From: Opitutales bacterium
GTDB taxonomy: Bacteria; Verrucomicrobiota; Verrucomicrobiia; Opitutales; JABSRG01
DNA length: 47,407 nucleotides
Assembly (NCBI GenBank): GCA_049599475.1
Contig: JBMYOQ010000027.1
Coordinates: 1 to 47,407 of the forward strand
Direction of reading: 5' to 3'
Positions 36,216 to 45,645 of this stretch are shown here, piece by piece; positions within the stretch are counted from its first letter, which is position 1; the number at the start of each line of letters is the position of its first letter. Made by a program: the position numbers and the translations under genes. Below the pieces are notes generated by a model. The model was not told the origin of the DNA, did not search any database, and worked only from the letters and a program-made list of their open reading frames with translations.

Positions 36216-37034
36216 ATGGAAATGAAACACGTTCTCTTGTGTTCAACGCTATCTGTTGGACTATCTGCTTATGCTCAGACACTGACCCTTGATTTTGGAA
36301 CACACACGGGTAATTTGGGCAGCACCACTCACACATTCACAGTTCAAGCTGATGGTTCGTCATTTCAGAATGCTGGCGGGACAAACTATGACACGGTGGG
36401 TGAAGGCCTGACAGGCGATCTCACAGGAGCTACCGGATCATTCTCCTTCACAGCTCAGGCTATTCAGGACTTTGATTCGGGGGATTTCTCCTTCGAAAAT
36501 TTCGCAACTCGTGAGACAGGTAACGAGTGGCTCTGGGACGGTAATTTCATGGGCATAAGCAGCAGTGCGCCCGTAAATAATGGTATTCAAGTCTCCGGTG
36601 TCACTACCGACGCTACAGCGGCTGCGGGTTTTGTGAGTGAGGCAATCTTGTTTACTTTCGACCTGTCCAACCTCAGCATCGCGGACGGATATGCGCTGCA
36701 GTTCGATGGACTCTTCTTGCAAAACACAAGCCCTGGAGCTTTGCGGATTTCATATTTAGAGGACGGTTCGAGCTCTCCTTTACAACTCACGGGTAACGAT
36801 GATGAGCCAAACGCAGTCATCTCGGGTTCAGACGTGTTCCAAGATGCGCCTCAAATCATTGATACCAACGACCAGATTGCTCTCTGGGCATCATCAAACT
36901 CTGGCCAAAAGCGCTTCGGCGGCTACCAGTTCAGCATTGTAGCTGTTCCTGAGCCATCAACCGTTGCTTTGCTCTTCGGAGGTGCGAGTGTCCTTCTCGT
37001 AGGTCTACGTCGACGCTTCTCAAAGAAAGCGTAG
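36216..37034 (+). CDS. PEP-CTERM sorting-domain surface protein
   Basis: Signal peptide (AYA-QTLT); C-terminal VPEPSTVALLFGGASVLLVGLRRR. Confidence 0.93.
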   Translation: MEMKHVLLCSTLSVGLSAYAQTLTLDFGTHTGNLGSTTHTFTVQADGSSFQNAGGTNYDTVGEGLTGDLTGATGSFSFTAQAIQDFDSGDFSFENFATRETGNEWLWDGNFMGISSSAPVNNGIQVSGVTTDATAAAGFVSEAILFTFDLSNLSIADGYALQFDGLFLQNTSPGALRISYLEDGSSSPLQLTGNDDEPNAVISGSDVFQDAPQIIDTNDQIALWASSNSGQKRFGGYQFSIVAVPEPSTVALLFGGASVLLVGLRRRFSKKA

Positions 37035-37074
37035 TTTTTAAGTATCTGCTAATTTTCATAGAAACTGTCTATCT

Positions 37075-37108
37075 AAGTCGCCTCCTCGGCCAGTGGGGCG
37101 GCTTTTTT
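37075..37108 (+). terminator. Rho-independent terminator
   Basis: AAGTCGCCTC-loop-GGGGCGGCTT followed by a T run, 40 bp after the PEP-CTERM stop. Confidence 0.75.
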
Positions 37109-37504
37109 GTATTTGAGAATCCCTTATTGTATAGTGGATATATCTATACGCTAATGAAAAGCGCATCGGATTTTCCATTACGCGACAGGCTTCGTCTTTA
37201 GCTGGATTTTAACGATAATTGATTTAGTGTTCAGTGAAGTAGAGCACTCCATCCTGTGCGCAACAAAGCGAACCTAGGTGCGTGGATGCGAGGTCTTATT
37301 GGGGTGCATCGAATACTCTATATTAACCCCCAACTTGATTCCTCTACTGGGCGCGGGCCCTCGAGCGAAGAGTCTATTGAGATATCATTTTCATTGGGAC
37401 CCTTTTATCGAAAACCGCAGAGCTCATAGAGCTCAATTGACCCTGCGATAGCTCGGCAGATTTTTCCAATTCATCCCCGTGCTAGGCTCATTTTTTCTAT
37501 CCCT

Positions 37505-40500
37505 ATGACGAATTACTCCACTATGCCGCAGTCTAGCATCCAAACCGAACTGTGTTGTCCTGCGTACGTCTCACGTTCGCCGAGAAAACGGGAGGGTTTC
37601 GCCTTGGTTTTGGCGCTCTCGTTGATTTCGTTTCTTTTTTTACTCATCGTTGCATTCGTATCTGTGATCCGCTCGGATTCAGAGTCTCTGGAGAAGGAGA
37701 GAGGCTACGTAGAGGCCAAACAAAATGCGGTATTGGGTTTACGCGTGGCCCTGGGCGAACTTCAGAAAAACTTAGGCCCCGATCAGCGTATTTCGGCGAC
37801 CGCAGATATGGATTTGAACGGGTCTCTCGATGCTACGAAATCGAGAACGGTCGGAGTCTGGTCGAGTGTGAATGATGAGACCCTCGGCGTCAGCGAAGGC
37901 GAGCTTCTCGCTTGGCTGGCTTCCGACGCGATCGACCCGACCACCGGCGATTACGATCTGAACTACGATGGGAATAGCGTAGTCGCGGGAGATGCCGCCG
38001 TCACCCTGCTCGGCACTGGCTCGCTTTCCGATTCTGGCACAGATGGCCTGCAAAACGATATCGTGGTCGTCGACAAGACGGCGACCGAACTTCTAGATGA
38101 ATCGGGCAACGTCTCAGGCCGCTATGCTTGGTGGGTCGGAGACGAAGGTATAAAAGCGCGGGTGAATCTCGAGCCTCTTGATTTAGATAGTCAGGGCAAT
38201 GATGAGCTCGAGAGGCTTGAAGGCTCATTGCAGGTAAACTCCTTTGGGATCTCGAATATCTATTCGCTCAGCACCGTTTTTGAGCAATTGGACCTCAGCT
38301 CTTATGGGTCTCGTATTAGTAACCTCGATAGCATTGACCTACTGGCGAATAACACCTCTACAACGAAACCGTTTTTCCACGATCTCACACCCTATTCTGC
38401 TGGAGTGTTGGCAAACGTCCAAACCGGAACACTCAAGAGAGACCTATCTCTCGCTTTTGAGCTCACCGACGCGAATTTCAATGAATCCGACTTTGGAGCC
38501 AATGGAACGTCTCCTGTCAATGCACCGGGCTTCGGTGCTGTGCAGCCAATCTTTCAATTCCAGGATGGAGATCCCGCATTTCCAGGATATCAGTCCTTCG
38601 CTGGTACCGCTCATGGGCCTGTTTGGCATCTGCTGCGCGATTACTATTTGCTCTATCAGGAAATGGATATGGTGATGTCGAATCCGACGCTGAATGCACG
38701 GGTGTTTACACCCAATTCAAACCACGAGACTGCGCCTTCTCCGGATGATTTAGCTTATAATCAGGGAAATCAGACTTGGATAGACCAACAGCCCGCACTC
38801 GTAATGGGGGGAGGTAAGGCGAAACTCTTAAATCATTCTTATGGGGGGCCTTTGCCCGATCGCTTGTGGAACAGTAATTACGACGACTTCGAAAATTATG
38901 GTGATGGAAATAATGTCTTAGACATGGTCGCGCACCCGAATGATGCAATGCGACAGGGTGAGTCGGGGGACCCGCTCCGAGGCAAAGGCTTAACCGGTTC
39001 CGGTGGCACAACCATGCCTGTCATGGTAACTGCGAATTATATGCCTTATGTATCTCGACTCTTGGTGGAGTATGGCGCGTATCCTAGGAGTTTTGAGCTG
39101 AACCAAGAAGTGATCACCAACAGTTCGACGGATCCTGTAACGACTGAGACGATGGATCTGTTCCGCTTCGGTTTGTCGATGCGATCCAGCGCGGTAATGC
39201 ATAACCCGTATAATGTATCAATCTCTCATGACAGTATTTATGTAGATTTCTACGGAGCTGAAGCGCAGCTACGCTACTATGACGCGGATGGGAACATCCC
39301 AGACCTCGTGTATTACGATGACGACGATGGTACATATTCCCTGTTAACAAACCCAAGTAATTCCCAGCTTTCGTCGGAATCTCTGCATGAGGCTTATCGT
39401 CGTTTTAATACTGGGGTAGGGACCTTTGGACCTGGAGAAACGGTAACCCTAGGCGGATTCCATCCGGATGAGGGGCAAAATTATGTGTCACCCCGGGCGG
39501 AGGATGATGACATTGCGGAGTTCCTAAATCCCAAATCAAACACTACAAACGCCGCCACCTCTAGCAGTATCTTCTTACAAGTCCCAGGGACCGGCGACGG
39601 GACCGATGACCTTTCGACCTTAGTTCGGCTCTTTGGAAATAAGATGTGGTCGCCATTGGTCGGCTCGTCGTACAACGAAACAAGGAGTTATTCAGTTTCA
39701 ACAGCATTTTTAGCCACGCATCTAAAGCAGCCAAGTAGTCAATCCTTACCCAATAGCTATAGAAGCCCTATCAGGGATATTATGCCTATGGCTTCAGCTG
39801 TGGACACTTCTTTACTCTTCCCGGGCCCGACCTATGGAAGTGGTGATCTCTTTACCGACGGGCATACCCGTTTCTATGCCGGACTAGATGACGAAGAAAT
39901 CGGAGTGGCATTTACGCCCGCTTCGATGGCTATTTTCCCGCATCAAGAAGACCGAACAGGAGGTTCGAGTGGAGCGACTCAGAATATCCCTTACTCGTTT
40001 CCCGTAGGTTCATTTGAGCTCAGGCTCAAACCGACCGAACTGATCGTAAACGAAGCTTCCAGCGGCATAGCGGCATCCCAACGGTTTCCTGCGTATACCC
40101 ACTCCAATCCTCTGGCTCCTGTGCGACACAGTAAAAATCTGCTGCCACAAGGGGACGTGCCGAGCACGACGACTGCCGGTTTCACGAAATTACCGGCGGA
40201 CATGGTCTCTATGTGGCGTATGTCGGATTCGTTCAGTTTCTTCGGCGCTAACATGAATGGCTGGGGGGGCTCCGATGGATTTTCAAATCCTGGCGCGTCG
40301 AACCCGGTGCTTATCGAGCTTCCCACATCTCCGGTTTTATCTCTTGGTAAACTGCAGCATGCAAACCTGAGTGTACTTGCTCACATGCCTGCATTAGCTA
40401 TAGGCAACTCTTTCGCGTCTCCCTACATCGATCCCGAAGACACATATACGATGTATAAAAATGCGTATGACGAGGAGCGTATTTTTTATGATCTATCCTA

Positions 40501-41617
40501 CGGCCTGAATAGTGCACTGTGGGACGACACCTTCTTTTCAAGCATTTCAGTCCCGTATGACAAAACCGAAGATAACTACAAATCGTCTCTAACAGTCCAG
40601 GACACCTTTGAAGCTGCGTTTGAAGGTTCATCGCCTACCGGACTGCCGAATCCGCGAATCGAATTGGTTTTGGGAACTGGGGAGACATTGGATGACGTCA
40701 AACTTAAGCTTTTTGAAAGCCGAGAATCCCGTCCTGAAACGAGTCCAGGGCCTGAGGCGTTCGGGACGAACGATGCGGGGTATGAACGGGTCGCTGAAAA
40801 CCTTCTAGTTAAAGGAACACTCAACATAAACTCTATGTCGGTGAATGCATGGAAAGCAGTCCTGTCAGGTGCGCGGGGGCTCGACATCTACGGGGGCGGT
40901 GTGAGTGGTGTTGCGTTCGAATCAGGAGACGACACGCCTTTGACTCGTCTGTCCAATCCTCTCTCAGGTAAAGCAAATGGTGTGAGTAGTGATGAGGAAA
41001 CATGGAACGGCTTTAGGGCGTTGAGTGACGCGCAAATTACTTCTCTGGCATCTGCAATTGTCGATGAAGTTCAGTTGCGTGCTGCGAGTCGCGGGTATCC
41101 CTTTGTATCGCTCGCTTCCTTTGTCAATCGGGAGCTGAGCAACAGTTACACAGGGCGCGGCGGGGTGATCCAGGCGGCTATTGATCGATCAGGTATCAAC
41201 GTTTCGTTGAGGACGTCGTTCGATGAGATCGATAGTTCTACCCTGAGCAACACCTTTGCGGGCGCGTTTCCTCACCCTGATAACATTCTCCTCGCAAGCT
41301 CATCGGACAACTCCGCCACGAGCAACGTAGCCGCGCCGACTCATCTATCCCAAGCAGACGTTCTGCAGGCCATCGGTTCGTTCATCGGTGTGCGCTCGGA
41401 TACATTCAGAATCCGCTCATATGGCGAGGCGGTAAACCCAGAAACAGGCGAAGTCACCAATAAGGTATGGGTGGAAGCAGTGGTGCAACGCACCCCAGAG
41501 CCAGTCGCCGAGGACGGTGTGTTTACAGCATCGGATCAAGCGTATTGGGAGCCTGGAGAATTTGGGCGATCTTTTAGAATAATTTCAATCCGTGAGATTC
41601 CTGAATCTGACGTCTGA
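37505..41617 (+). CDS. Giant PilX/GspK-like minor pilin (Verru_Chthon cassette protein A-like)
   Basis: RKRE-G|FALVLAL class III signal lacking Glu5; AKQNA..GL.VALGELQK.LGPDQR; YAWWVGDEGIKA; GTLKRDLS; NINSMSVNAW; PFVSLASFVNR; QAD.L....VRSDTFRIRSYGEA; FGRSFRII. Confidence 0.82.
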   Translation: MTNYSTMPQSSIQTELCCPAYVSRSPRKREGFALVLALSLISFLFLLIVAFVSVIRSDSESLEKERGYVEAKQNAVLGLRVALGELQKNLGPDQRISATADMDLNGSLDATKSRTVGVWSSVNDETLGVSEGELLAWLASDAIDPTTGDYDLNYDGNSVVAGDAAVTLLGTGSLSDSGTDGLQNDIVVVDKTATELLDESGNVSGRYAWWVGDEGIKARVNLEPLDLDSQGNDELERLEGSLQVNSFGISNIYSLSTVFEQLDLSSYGSRISNLDSIDLLANNTSTTKPFFHDLTPYSAGVLANVQTGTLKRDLSLAFELTDANFNESDFGANGTSPVNAPGFGAVQPIFQFQDGDPAFPGYQSFAGTAHGPVWHLLRDYYLLYQEMDMVMSNPTLNARVFTPNSNHETAPSPDDLAYNQGNQTWIDQQPALVMGGGKAKLLNHSYGGPLPDRLWNSNYDDFENYGDGNNVLDMVAHPNDAMRQGESGDPLRGKGLTGSGGTTMPVMVTANYMPYVSRLLVEYGAYPRSFELNQEVITNSSTDPVTTETMDLFRFGLSMRSSAVMHNPYNVSISHDSIYVDFYGAEAQLRYYDADGNIPDLVYYDDDDGTYSLLTNPSNSQLSSESLHEAYRRFNTGVGTFGPGETVTLGGFHPDEGQNYVSPRAEDDDIAEFLNPKSNTTNAATSSSIFLQVPGTGDGTDDLSTLVRLFGNKMWSPLVGSSYNETRSYSVSTAFLATHLKQPSSQSLPNSYRSPIRDIMPMASAVDTSLLFPGPTYGSGDLFTDGHTRFYAGLDDEEIGVAFTPASMAIFPHQEDRTGGSSGATQNIPYSFPVGSFELRLKPTELIVNEASSGIAASQRFPAYTHSNPLAPVRHSKNLLPQGDVPSTTTAGFTKLPADMVSMWRMSDSFSFFGANMNGWGGSDGFSNPGASNPVLIELPTSPVLSLGKLQHANLSVLAHMPALAIGNSFASPYIDPEDTYTMYKNAYDEERIFYDLSYGLNSALWDDTFFSSISVPYDKTEDNYKSSLTVQDTFEAAFEGSSPTGLPNPRIELVLGTGETLDDVKLKLFESRESRPETSPGPEAFGTNDAGYERVAENLLVKGTLNINSMSVNAWKAVLSGARGLDIYGGGVSGVAFESGDDTPLTRLSNPLSGKANGVSSDEETWNGFRALSDAQITSLASAIVDEVQLRAASRGYPFVSLASFVNRELSNSYTGRGGVIQAAIDRSGINVSLRTSFDEIDSSTLSNTFAGAFPHPDNILLASSSDNSATSNVAAPTHLSQADVLQAIGSFIGVRSDTFRIRSYGEAVNPETGEVTNKVWVEAVVQRTPEPVAEDGVFTASDQAYWEPGEFGRSFRIISIREIPESDV

Positions 41618-42330
41618 TGCCCCAAGTAAAGAGTTTATACATGAAACTACCACGAGCGTTCCTGCTACTCCCTTTCTTCTTTCATTTGCTATGGTCCCAA
41701 GAGATCGTAGATGTAAGCATCTCTTCTGTGTCCCTGGACAGTAACAAAGGGAATATTAAATACGATAGTGACGGTGAGGTGCGCTCCTTGCGAATCTTTA
41801 GAGGACAGCGTTCCTCAAATTTCCGATATGTAGGACCTCTACCAATACAATTTTTCAGAGAAGAAGAGACCACTAATGCTCAGGGAGTTACTGAAATTGT
41901 CAGAGTCCCTATCGCCACGGCGCACCTGCCGGGGAAATCGGGTGAATTTCTATTGGTGTGGTCAAAGGATCGTGACAACGCTGGAACGTACCTTACATAT
42001 GCCATCCAAGAGAATCTCAGTGATTTTCCCGCGGGGGCCTTTCGTTTTCTAAATATGGCTCCCTTTGATGTCGCGGTGAAGATCGAAGATTCCGTGAACC
42101 GCCTGGCAGCTCGGGCGCATACAGATATAGTCTTACAGGCATCAGCTGGCAAAAATCGTCGCGCGACAATGATCAGCTTACCCAAAGACGACGATTCGCT
42201 GGTCGTGTTTGACGGTTATATCAAACACATGCCGAACATTCGGATGTTGTATCTGATTGTGCCCCAGACAACAGGTCGTAGTGGGCAAGTGAAATTCATA
42301 TCGATACCTCAAAGTACGCGCCGGTCCTAA
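41617..42330 (+). CDS. Exported hypothetical protein translationally coupled to the giant pilin
   Basis: TGATG overlap (alternative ATG at 41641); signal peptide; RSSNFRYVG..PIQFF and FPAGAFRFLN motifs. Confidence 0.75.
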   Translation: MPQVKSLYMKLPRAFLLLPFFFHLLWSQEIVDVSISSVSLDSNKGNIKYDSDGEVRSLRIFRGQRSSNFRYVGPLPIQFFREEETTNAQGVTEIVRVPIATAHLPGKSGEFLLVWSKDRDNAGTYLTYAIQENLSDFPAGAFRFLNMAPFDVAVKIEDSVNRLAARAHTDIVLQASAGKNRRATMISLPKDDDSLVVFDGYIKHMPNIRMLYLIVPQTTGRSGQVKFISIPQSTRRS

Positions 42331-42463
42331 ACCGTTTTCACGAAGCTTTGCCCCAGATCTGTCTGGAGCCTCGTTATTCCTTGAACAAATCGCCCGCTCC
42401 GTGTCGTTTATGTTTTTGAGGCAAGTTTGCCTGCATTCAAAAACACAAATTCTTAAGGTAATT

Positions 42464-42970
42464 ATGAAGCGATACAGGTTGAAAGAGAAGTTTTGGACAT
42501 GGGGTGATCATTTCGAGATTTTTGATGAATCCGAAAACGTGGCATTTACGGTGAAAGGGAAGGCCTTCTCGTGGGGGACGGATTTAGAGCTCCAAGACGC
42601 GCAGGGTCGAGCGCTGGCGCGCATTAAGCAAAAGATGATGTCCTTTAAGCCGAGGTTTGAGATCTATATTGGCGACACTTTGTACGCAGAAGTCACCAAG
42701 GAGTTTTCCTGGTTCAAAAAGAAGTTTTTCCTAGATGTCCCGGGTCCCAATGACTACGAAATCGAGGGAAGTTTCTGGGACCGTGATTATGCCTTCACCC
42801 GCAAGGGCCGCCACGTGTGCACCGTATCCAGAAAGCTCTTCAGCTTGGCAGGCAGCTATGGAGTCGAGGTCATCGACGGCGAAGACGAAGTCGCGATCCT
42901 CTCGACTGTTCTCGTAATCGATCAAGTCCTCGAAGACGAACGACAGAGCTCAACAATGAACTTTGGTTAA
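42464..42970 (+). CDS. LURP-one-related/scramblase (tubby-like) protein
   Basis: MKRYRLKEKFWTWGDHFEIFDE, VKGKAFSWG, YEIEGSFWDRDY, SYGVEV, VLVID. AAGG lies upstream of ATG 42464. Confidence 0.88.
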   Translation: MKRYRLKEKFWTWGDHFEIFDESENVAFTVKGKAFSWGTDLELQDAQGRALARIKQKMMSFKPRFEIYIGDTLYAEVTKEFSWFKKKFFLDVPGPNDYEIEGSFWDRDYAFTRKGRHVCTVSRKLFSLAGSYGVEVIDGEDEVAILSTVLVIDQVLEDERQSSTMNFG

Positions 42971-43022
42971 TAGGCATTTGGCCCTGCGGCATTCGTAAAT
43001 TTTAGGCATATCAGAAAGCCCG

Positions 43023-43853
43023 CTATGCCGGGAATAGATCGTCTATCTTACTTTTATAATTTGCCATTGAATGGTTGTCGCCGGGGCCGCCAAAATCTGT
43101 GTCGATATACATGATACGTCCGGTGTGGCAGTATTCTGCGACGCCGGGTAGTTTTGGGACGAGGTCGTTTTTATTGATAATGTGGCGGCATTTTTCGTCG
43201 GCGTCTTCGAATGAGTTTTTGAAGCTCTCGACCCCGGGTTGAGGAGATGCGAAAGTGAGTGCGCCGAAAGGAATATCGCTCGGGAGTCCCCAGTCAGCAG
43301 GGACGAATGCACGGGTGTGGAGGGTGCTTACGGCTGCGCCAAGACTGTGTCCGGTAATAATCAGCGAGGTGGAAGTGATTCCAGTATCGTTGAGTAGTTG
43401 GGTAAGCGAGGACTTCAATTTAGCCTCACAGGAAAAATAGGTGCGATGAAAGCCTCGATGGACTTTGCCTAGATCGTTTCCATTTACTTCAAGTGTTTTG
43501 GGGACGGCTTGACTGTCTACATCCCACTCTTTGGAGGTCTTGGTGCCTCGGTGTGCAATATAGATCGTCCCGTCCTCGGATTGGGCAATCAGGGCGCCCG
43601 GGGTGCTCTCAGTCACTTCTACGTAGCGGGTGCGGGGACCGGGCTTGCGTCGCCGTGCCCAGCTTTCTCGGAAAACCAAGGGGCTGTTTCCGGCGATATT
43701 CGGTAGGGTGCTCAGATCGGGGGTCAATGCGGGTGAATCGCTACCTTCTTCTGGTTTGTCTGCGGCGTCCCAGCTGTCGAGGCTGTCGTAGAGAATGCGG
43801 GAAAGGTCCGCGCAAATGTGAGCATTTAAGCGAGAGAAAATTGGAGGCGTCAT
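43023..43853 (-). CDS. Class 3 lipase family protein
   Basis: IAHRGT, GKVHRGF, ITGHSLGAA, TFASP, NDLVPKLP, HTG, DNHSM..Y. Confidence 0.88.
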   Translation of the reverse strand: MTPPIFSRLNAHICADLSRILYDSLDSWDAADKPEEGSDSPALTPDLSTLPNIAGNSPLVFRESWARRRKPGPRTRYVEVTESTPGALIAQSEDGTIYIAHRGTKTSKEWDVDSQAVPKTLEVNGNDLGKVHRGFHRTYFSCEAKLKSSLTQLLNDTGITSTSLIITGHSLGAAVSTLHTRAFVPADWGLPSDIPFGALTFASPQPGVESFKNSFEDADEKCRHIINKNDLVPKLPGVAEYCHTGRIMYIDTDFGGPGDNHSMANYKSKIDDLFPA

Positions 43854-43866
43854 AGTTTCGAGAGAT

Positions 43867-43897
43867 AAAAAAAGCCGACTCATTGACGAGTCGGCTT
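43867..43897 (-). terminator. Rho-independent terminator of sodA
   Basis: AAGCCGACTC-GTCAAT-GAGTCGGCTTTTTTT on the minus strand. Confidence 0.85.
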
Positions 43898-43916
43898 GGG
43901 AAGAATTTCAATAAAA

Positions 43917-44537
43917 TTACGCAGAGTAGATCGCGTCGGCCTTTGACCAGTCGACCACGTCCCAGAAGGCTGCGATGAAATCAGGGCGCTTATTTTGATA
44001 CTTGAGGTAGTATGCGTGCTCCCAGACATCGAGACCGATGATTGGCGTGCCTTCTACGTCCGCAACACCCTTCATGAGAGGGCTGTCTTGATTTGGAGTA
44101 GATGTGACTGCGAGTGAACCGTCTGCAGTCTTTACGAGCCATGCCCATCCAGAACCGAAGCGTGTGACTCCCGCAGCTGCGAACTTTTCCTTGAAAGCGT
44201 CGAAAGAGCCGAAAGTGCTGGTGATCGCTTCGCCGAGAGCGCCTACTGGCTCGCCACCGCCGTTGGGGCCGAGGATCGTCCAGAAGAAGCTGTGGTTGGC
44301 GTGTCCGCCACCGTTGTTGCGGATTGCGCCGCGGATCCCTTCGGGTACTGCGGAGAGGTCAGAAATGAGGTCTTCGACCGACTTAGCCGCGAGCTCTGGC
44401 TCGGACTCAAGGGCTGCATTCGCCTTGGCGATGTAAGCCGCGTGGTGCTTGGAGTGGTGGATTTCCATAGTCTGCGCGTCGAAATGTGGCTCGAGTGCAT
44501 CGTATGCGTAGGATAACTCTGGGAGTGTATATGCCAT
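43917..44537 (-). CDS. sodA: Superoxide dismutase, Mn-type signature
   Basis: [48 protein letters not shown]. Confidence 0.93.
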   Translation of the reverse strand: MAYTLPELSYAYDALEPHFDAQTMEIHHSKHHAAYIAKANAALESEPELAAKSVEDLISDLSAVPEGIRGAIRNNGGGHANHSFFWTILGPNGGGEPVGALGEAITSTFGSFDAFKEKFAAAGVTRFGSGWAWLVKTADGSLAVTSTPNQDSPLMKGVADVEGTPIIGLDVWEHAYYLKYQNKRPDFIAAFWDVVDWSKADAIYSA

Positions 44538-44709
44538 AACTATCTGTTTCTTAGGTTAAAGTGAGAATGCACTATTGGGACCTTCTGATGGATTCGTCAA
44601 CTGCTGGGCTGAATTTTTGCGCCAGAGTCTTTGGATTTATCTAAAGCTTTGGGCGGATTGGTGGCAGCAATCAGTTGAAGACCTGAGAAAAGCAGTTATC
44701 TTTCTAAAT

Positions 44710-45234
44710 ATGAAGAAAGAGACGATCACACTGGGTGGAGGCTGTTTTTGGTGCTTGGAGGCCGCGTATCAACGCGTGCCCGGGGTATTGTCTGTAGAAT
44801 CTGGGTATACCGACGGAGATGTCGAAAACCCGAGCTACAAAGCTGTCTGCACTGGAGCAACGGGTCACGCCGAGGTCGTCCAGGTGACTTTTGACCCCAG
44901 AGAAGTGTCCTTGGAATACATTCTCCAGGTGTTCTGGAAAATCCACGATCCGACGACATTGAATCGCCAAGGGGCTGATGTCGGCACCCAATACCGCTCG
45001 GGAATCTATTACCATTCTGAGGCACAGGCCGAGGAAGCACGTCGGCAGATGTCGATATTGGAATCGGAAAAAGTGTTCCCTGACCCCATCGTCACCGAGC
45101 TAAAACCTCTAGGGAAATATTACTCAGCAGAGGGCTATCACCAAAACTACTACAATCAAAACCCAAATCAGGGCTATTGTAGTTTCGTGATCGCGCCTAA
45201 GCTCGCTAAGCTCGAATCCTTTTTGAGTAAGTAA
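44710..45234 (+). CDS. msrA: Peptide-methionine (S)-S-oxide reductase
   Basis: GGGCFWC, TGHAE, HDPTTLNRQG.DVGTQYRS, AEGYHQNY, GYC. Start is at ATG 44710, not the upstream TTG. Confidence 0.95.
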   Translation: MKKETITLGGGCFWCLEAAYQRVPGVLSVESGYTDGDVENPSYKAVCTGATGHAEVVQVTFDPREVSLEYILQVFWKIHDPTTLNRQGADVGTQYRSGIYYHSEAQAEEARRQMSILESEKVFPDPIVTELKPLGKYYSAEGYHQNYYNQNPNQGYCSFVIAPKLAKLESFLSK

Positions 45235-45382
45235 GACATTCAGGCTTCAGCGATATGCGATGATATGCTCAATGAGAGCAAATCGCGCATAGTTCGAAGA
45301 TACATCAAGTTTGATGAACGGAGTCTTGATTCGCGAGGGGGCTATCGCGATGATTGCGGGCACAGCAAAGGTTTAAATGCAT

Positions 45383-45545
45383 CGGCTCACCGAGACGGTT
45401 CGCCACCATTTGTTTACGAAAATTATTTTGAGAAAGGTTCAAAAGGGGTAGCGCCGGGTCACCGAACCGGCACAAGCGCGTCAGCCCAGCCAACAACCAG
45501 GGCGGCTTACGCCGAGCCATGCCCGTTGGGTCAACGGGCTCTACC
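45383..45545. repeat. REP singlet (45383-45407) plus REP doublet (45447-45545)
   Basis: GGTAGCGCCGGGTCACCGAACCGGC...GCCCGTTGGGTCAACGGGCTCTACC. The spacer shares GTCAGCC and GCGGCTTACGCCGA with the reverse complement of the 34279 element. Confidence 0.75.
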
Positions 45546-45645
45546 TTTTGAGCCGAAGCAATGGCGCTGCCTTTAGGATGATGTCATCGGTTTCTAGCCC
45601 TATTTTTCTCTACAGGAAGCGACATCGCGCGGTCCTCAGTATCGT

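Noticed and set aside
43917..45234. sodA/msrA as dedicated protection for the heme-c protein's chemistry
   Set aside because: They lie 24 kb away, are common housekeeping genes, and share no visible regulatory motif. Proximity alone is not evidence.
45265..45576. 103-aa ORF between msrA and the sulfatase
   Set aside because: Largely composed of REP sequence, with no protein-like features.
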